Positions 57,831 through 64,000 of a DNA stretch of 64,000 nucleotides are shown here, piece after piece. Within the stretch, counting starts at the first letter, position 1; each line of letters opens with the position of its first letter. The translations under genes and the position numbers were made by a program. The notes under the pieces were generated by a model that was given only the letters and a program-made list of their open reading frames with translations, ran no database searches and was not told where the DNA came from. The DNA comes from Eledone cirrhosa. Taxonomy: Eukaryota. Where the stretch lies: contig OZ024740.1 of NCBI GenBank assembly GCA_964016885.1, forward strand, positions 220,472,001 to 220,536,000, read 5' to 3'.

Positions 57831-59119
57831 TATAGATATACTCAAGAAGTTTTGAAACTTTTTCTTTTCAAGCACTTTTAATTGATCTATCGAACTGTCA
57901 CTCTAATACATCCTTGATATGGTTATAAGCTAACATGCTAATTCTTTTTTTCCCAGGTAAAAGGTTCAGGTTGCTATAGCACTTTAAACACTACCTATCA
58001 TATATGTCTTGTCACAGCTGACTGTTTCACAATGCAGTCAGAATGTGAGGACTACTTGGAGCTCAATATTCAATAAAGTTTTGTGTTAAGCTTGGCAAAA
58101 ACGCTGCAGAAACATATGAAATGGTCAAAACTGCTTACGGACTAACTTTCATGAGCCAGGTGATTGTTTTCCACTGGCACAAGAGGTTCCAGCAGGGCAG
58201 GGAGCAGGTGAGGGACGACGAGAAATGTGGCAGGGAGAGGGACACCAACGCTGGTAGATAAAATTCGCAAATTTCTGGACAAGGACTGTCATACATCTCT
58301 TCTGATGATTGCTAAACAATTTGAAGTGGCTGAGGGCACTATGCACAGAATCATTCATGATGATCTGAACATGTGCAAAGTTTGTTCCCAGGGTGCTCAA
58401 TGAAGATCAAAGGCAGAGGCTCATTGATGACAGTAGGGAAATGGTCGAGTGGATCACTTTGAATCCAAGTGTCCTTAAGGCTCTGGAAACCTGTGACGAG
58501 AGCTGGGTCTACTGTTATAATCAAGAGACCAAGAGACAGAGTGCCCAGTGGAAACATTCTGACTCCCCAAGACCCAAGAAGGCCAGGCAATGCAGGTCTA
58601 CTTGGAAGTTCATGATGATCCCATTCTTCAACAGCAAGGGCATCATCTACATCCACTGATTCTCCCACGGTTGGACAGTCACTATGGAGGTTTTGAGGCA
58701 GTTCAGAAAGAGATTTTGTTGCAAGAGACAGAACTCTTCAAGTCAAGTCAGTGGCACCTGCACTAGGACAATGACCCCTGCCACAAATCCATCCTGGTGA
58801 CCAACTACTTGGCTGATATGGGGATCAAGACTATCCCTCATTCTCCCTACAGTCCAGACTTAGCCCCATGAGACTTCTGGTTATTCCCGAAAATGAAGGA
58901 GAAACTCAGGGGTATCCGCTTTGAGGATGTGGAGGAGATAAAGAACGCCTTGGACACTTTGTAGGACTACAAGAGGGTCCCACCAGAACTGCTGGAGTGC
59001 TACAACAAATGCATTGAAGTTGGAGGATACTACTTTAAGAGGGACTAGAGTTTTCTGTTGATCTGAGTTAAATAAATGTCTCTGATAAAAGTCTCAAAAC
59101 CTCTTGAGTGTACCTCGTA
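57831..59119 (+). mobile_element. mariner-like transposon, near full length, pseudogenised
   Basis: TIRs actcaagaagttttgaaactttt / aaaagtctcaaaacctcttgagt. Motifs IKFCVKLGK..ETYEM, KFVPRVL, TCDESW and YSPDLAP.DFWLFPKMK, with stops and frameshifts. Confidence 0.93.
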
Positions 59120-61679
59120 ACTGCTGTTAAATTAATGCTTGAAGGAAAGTTACCATTATTCCTTTGTGAAGGCCTAGTATTAAAGTTGTAAGTTCATGGG
59201 TTCGATTCCTGGACCAGATGGAGCATTGTGTCCTTGAGCAAGGTACTTCATTCCATATTGCTCCAGTTTACTTAACTGAATAAAATGCTTCTCAGCAGCA
59301 ACAGCTGGGGGTTGCCCATGCAATGTACTAGAATTCCGTGAGCGGGGGTGGGGTGGTTTATACTCTCAGTTGCTTGTTACCTCATAAAACCAGTACAAGC
59401 TCTGGCCTGATGAGCCTCAAGGTGCAAGGCAGACTTTAACTATTAATTGCTATGATTAGGGAGTCTTCAGCAATGCAATAGCGCTAAATAATAAATGATC
59501 AAAAAAAATCTTCAAAATGAAAGATTATTGAAAATGTCTAAAAGAAATTATAGATACAAGCATAAGAAAACTGAAATAATGAAGAGACATTAGTTTTCAT
59601 GTGTAAGAGGAGTGCTGTGGCTATGTGTACATTAAAGATGTAGATGATGATCACTGGTAGGAGAGTAAACGTCTGGAAGATCTGGTTGTAAAGAAACCAC
59701 ACTGGTGGTGGTGGTTATTGATAAAGATGACAGTGATGAAGTAATTGTCTAACATTGGTTTCATCACTTTTGAGATATAGGAATAAAAGAGTGATGGGTG
59801 AATGGTTGATAAAATCAGAGGAGATACTCCTCTTAGAAACACAGGAATACATATGGAGGCCCTGTTTACAAGTGTACAGCTTCCAGAGCTGTTTGATTTT
59901 TAAGAAAATAGTTGGTAGCATGAAGAAATAATTTTCAATGCATGAGTTTTGTGAAATTGAAATTTGATACAATGTTGCTACTTTTTTCTTCAAAAATACA
60001 ACAAAAGTGAGTTAACAAATTTTCCCTGCTAAAGTGGGGAGGAGGTTAAGTCAAACTTCTCCATTTTGCCCTATCCTCTACATCCCCCTTTACCAATTTT
60101 TATTTTCTCCTCCATCATCTTTAGTTACATCCTTCTTAGTCTTCCCTTTTCTCTACTTCCACACGTATTTTCATCTTTCTTCAACACATGACCTAGCCAC
60201 CTAGTTCCATTTCTTTTCGCAACATTCATCATAGGCTCTATATAGTACAGACATGTAATTCATATGAGTGATTATTGTTAGGTGAAGAAGTGCCAGGAGT
60301 GGTTAAAGGAGATTTCAAAATGCTGAATCTCACACATGAGATGATAAAGGGAAGAGATAAATGGAGGGTGCAATGTTGGAGATGTCTTGTCTGACCTATG
60401 CAAGCATGGAAAAGCAGATGAAATGATGATGATGATAAATATGACAGGCTTCCTCACAGTTTTCAAAGTTAACAATTAAAATAATGATTCCATCTGAACT
60501 GATAATGATTCATAAATTCAGATTATTTTACTTTCATTAAATGCTGATTCAGAAAAACATGTCTGCTGAAAATGTCACGAGTTGACAGAAGAGTTCTGTA
60601 GAGATAAAACCAATGAAAAATTTGAAAGTTGCATGGTCACATCTAAGAACTTCCATTATCACAGATGAGATAATGCTGAACTGAAATAGAGACATGTATT
60701 TCAGAACCTTTATTCTCTACTAAATTGGAAAACCATCATCATCAAAATTCTACATCTGCTATCCATGTTGGCATGGGTTGGATGGGTTATTATGGTCCAA
60801 GTCAGTTCTTATTTAGAATCGTTGTGCTCATAAATTCCAATTTTTGTCATGATTTCTATGGCTGGATGATCCTCCTAACACCAATACTAAAGAGGCTGTC
60901 ATGTCCTTGACTAGACTAAACAGTCCTCTCTACCCAACATTGTTTCTGTTTGATCATCAACCAATTTACATAATGAAAACAATGTTTAAACACTAATGAT
61001 GGAATAACTGAAGAAATTAAGCTACAGTGACATCAAGTTGAAACAGATTTAAGAAACCCTGTCGAGTGTTTTGTTACAAAGGTTAAGAAGCTATTTGCAT
61101 TATATCCAACATTATATTTGGTTGATCTAACAAAAGAGTCTATGGTGTTGTTCAACTTGCTCAAAATAGCAGCCAACTCTTCCGCAAATCACACTGCCAC
61201 CTTATATAAAGTTTATATTGGATAATGAAGTCCCTAATATACAAAAAAGCAGCCTAGTCCTGTTTTATCAGGGTTGACTGGGTTTAAACATCATAATGAT
61301 AAAACATAGTTTTAATGAGGTAACACGACAAGGCAGTGAATTGGCAAAGTTATTGGAACATTGGATTACTTGTTGCAGCTCCCTCTGCTCTGAATTCAAA
61401 TCCCACAGTAGTCAACTTTGCCTTTCTTTCTTTCATGTTTGATAAATAAAGTAGCAGTCCAAAGGCAAAGTTATTAGAGTGGCAAAGTTATTAGAGCATC
61501 GAGTGTGATGCTTTGTGGTATCTCTTTCATTGTTTTTTATTCTGAGTTCACCTTCAATGTCACTGGTGTCAAACTTTATCAACCTTTGTAACTTGAATAA
61601 TATCAGTAACATATAAAGCGGAGATTTGCATCCACGAGCGACTGCTGGTTTTCTACAAAACTCATTGCCCAGGTCTATA

Positions 61680-62262
61680 TAGCGGCGACGCGGAGCTCGA
61701 CATCAACTGTCGGATCGGCAAAGGAGCCGCAGTTTTCCAGCGGCTGTGCCCAGTCTGGTCGTCTTCATGCATTAGCACCAAGACCAAGCTCCGCCTATAC
61801 AAGAGCATCGTGCTGCGGACTGTGCTTTATGCGAGCGAGACCTGGAAGAGTACGGCAAAAATAGAGAGACGGCTGAACGCTTTCCACCAGCTGTGCCAGC
61901 GAAAAATCCTTCGTGTGTCCTGGCGCGACCGAGTGCGAAACGAGATCCTGCGGAGAGCCGAGTCGTGGACGCTACAGGGAGTGGTCACGGAGCGTCGGTG
62001 CCGTCTGGCTGGCCATATTCTGCGTCTGCCAAATGAACGGCATTCGAAAACAGCGATGAACTGGACACCGCCTGGCGGAGTCCAGTTCATCGCTGTTCAG
62101 GCGGGGTTGCCCAAGGATCACCTGGCGACGAACGTTCCGGAAAGACCTGATGGCAGCCAACATCACCTGGAACGGTCTCGAAAAAGTTGCCGCTGATCGT
62201 GACCGTTGGCGAGTACTTGCTGCTCGATGCGCCGAACGGCGCAGAAGAATCTAAGACTAAGA
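61680..62262 (+). mobile_element. GC/CpG-rich RTE-like LINE 3' fragment (family distinct from 44141-47233)
   Basis: RIGK.AAVF..TKLRLYKSIV..LYASETW..RLAGHILRL..WTPPGG, ending in a (CTAAGA)2 tail. Confidence 0.85.
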
Positions 62263-64000
62263 CAACTTCTCTTCAAAAGAATGAAAATTAAATAGCAATT
62301 TGAAATTCCTACGACTTTGACTCAGGTATTTAAAAACTACGAACCCCATTCTTCTTGAGAGATTATTGAATGAATAACAAAGTAGTATAAATGTGGAATC
62401 TAAGACAGTTTCTAAATGCTGTTAATTTCAAACATTTTAACATGCATTCACAAACTATCAACAAAGTAAATAGACAATAATGAAAAAAAATTAGCCAACT
62501 CGCTCTTAAATTGAGGAAATTTTAAGTCTGATTAGAGTCTGTTTTATAATTAAATTCGACTCAATGTGCCGATTGAAGCGACCAGCATTCAATCAACATA
62601 ATCCATGAAGGCTACAATATTTCTTAATGACATTAGCTTCAAAACGAAATTAAACTAGTGCCAGTACCACGATAAAAGACCTCTACAAAGTGGTTGGTAT
62701 TAGAAAGTGCATCTAGCCTTACAAATCTTGCCAAAAAGGTAAAGAGAATTCTTCACTTGCATCAAGAAAACCTCTCAAGTCCTGCTGTCACGATAAAATG
62801 TACCCAGTACACTCTATAAAATAGTTGGCGTTAGGCAGGACATCCAGATGTAGAAAAATCAAACGGAAAATTCAAACGGAAAAAGGTTCTTGCCCTCCCA
62901 TTCATCTAGGAGGTCACTCGCTCCAATTAAGTACTAAATTGCTTAGTAACGACTGTCCAGTCCATGCCCCAAAAAACCGGATGGATGATGGTGGTTATTT
63001 TTTAAAAACAACTTGTGTAATTTAAAATTCCGTCTGTTAAGATCTTCCATAGCTTTTCGTGGCATACTCTCCTGGATAGCCCTGGGTATTTAGTTGTGGA
63101 ATATTAAAAAAAAAAACACGAAACAGAAAAAGTTTGTGAATTACAGACCTTTCTAAAAGACAATTAAATAAATCTTTAAAAAAAATTATCGTTCGTAGAT
63201 TTTCAACGATACTCAAAGGAAACATTTTTTCTATTTTTAATACTGAAATAATGTTAACGTAATTCTAATAAACTGACAAAAATGTGTCGACTGTCATACT
63301 ATGTACAGCAGACGTAGACACCGAGATAAACACTCAGAGGGTAGATTCTGCTGTATGGTTTCGATATCTGGTTGAAAAACCAATTCACTTATGCAATTGA
63401 TGAATCCCATTCCACCCGATAAAGAAACGAACCTCACATCTCATTTAACCCTACTAATATACGTGGCATTATGCTTTTTAAAATAACAACAAAAAATCAA
63501 CTAAATGCCGAAGTAGATCAATAAGGAACAACGCCCACTCTTAATACAGATAGGTCAATTAGAAAACCAAAACATTTTCCACTTTATAACACCATAAAAA
63601 GTTGTTTATTCAACGAAAATTATTGTAAAATATGTTGAAAATATAATAAGAAAATTGTTCTAATTGCTAGTTCAATGATGCTGCAAACTGTATTCACTTT
63701 CAGCAACGAAATATATAAAATAAAAAGATACCTTCACAGCAATAGAATTTTAATTCTTTCAGAAAAAAGGTTATAATATTTCTGACAACTAATGTAGATC
63801 AAAATGTAGTCAATAAACAGCGTCAATTGATAAAACAGATACACATATGTAATAAACAAAATGTTGTAAGGAAGCAATAAAATCAGAAAGTATTTTACAC
63901 AAACTAATAGAGTCAGCAGTTTTAATCTGAAAAGGAATTCGTTTTGTCTATAATAAATAAAATAACTAGTCACCGGAAAAAATATCTATCTTTTAACAAA

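Noticed and set aside
63438-63469. Candidate SAC1 first exon (ATG CCA CGT..GAG AT|GTGAGG; 32 nt, correct phase)
   Set aside because: The peptide MPRILVGLNEM has no resemblance to Sac1 N-termini and the donor is weak. The true exon 1 more likely lies beyond 64000; RNA-seq would decide.

Overview
AT-rich, repeat-dense animal genomic DNA. The SINE/LINE content and (TA)n/(GAT)n microsatellites suggest an octopod cephalopod (inference, not proven). Two host genes lie on the minus strand. The first is the first coding exon of a Golgi apparatus protein 1 (GLG1/ESL-1) homologue at 2924-3280, with the rest of the gene off the left edge. The second is a Sac1 phosphoinositide phosphatase gene (SACM1L): 17 coding exons from 54088 down to the stop at 19049, with the ATG exon not identified and probably off the right edge. 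One SAC1 intron (43087-48459) has minor-spliceosome (U12) signals and contains a 5'-truncated but uninterrupted RTE-clade LINE ORF with a PHD-like C4HC3 finger inserted after the RT core. The rest is transposon debris: about 25 copies of the RTE 3' tail, two tRNA-headed SINE families (one borrowing the RTE tail), hAT, Tc1/mariner, piggyBac-like MITEs, a Helitron, CRE-, CR1- and Penelope-like fragments, a tRNA-Ala pseudogene, and a 56-bp minisatellite with higher-order structure. Several near-perfect long palindromes and hammerhead-like three-way junctions are also present. No prokaryotic-type system such as CRISPR is supported. All calls were made by eye, without database searches.
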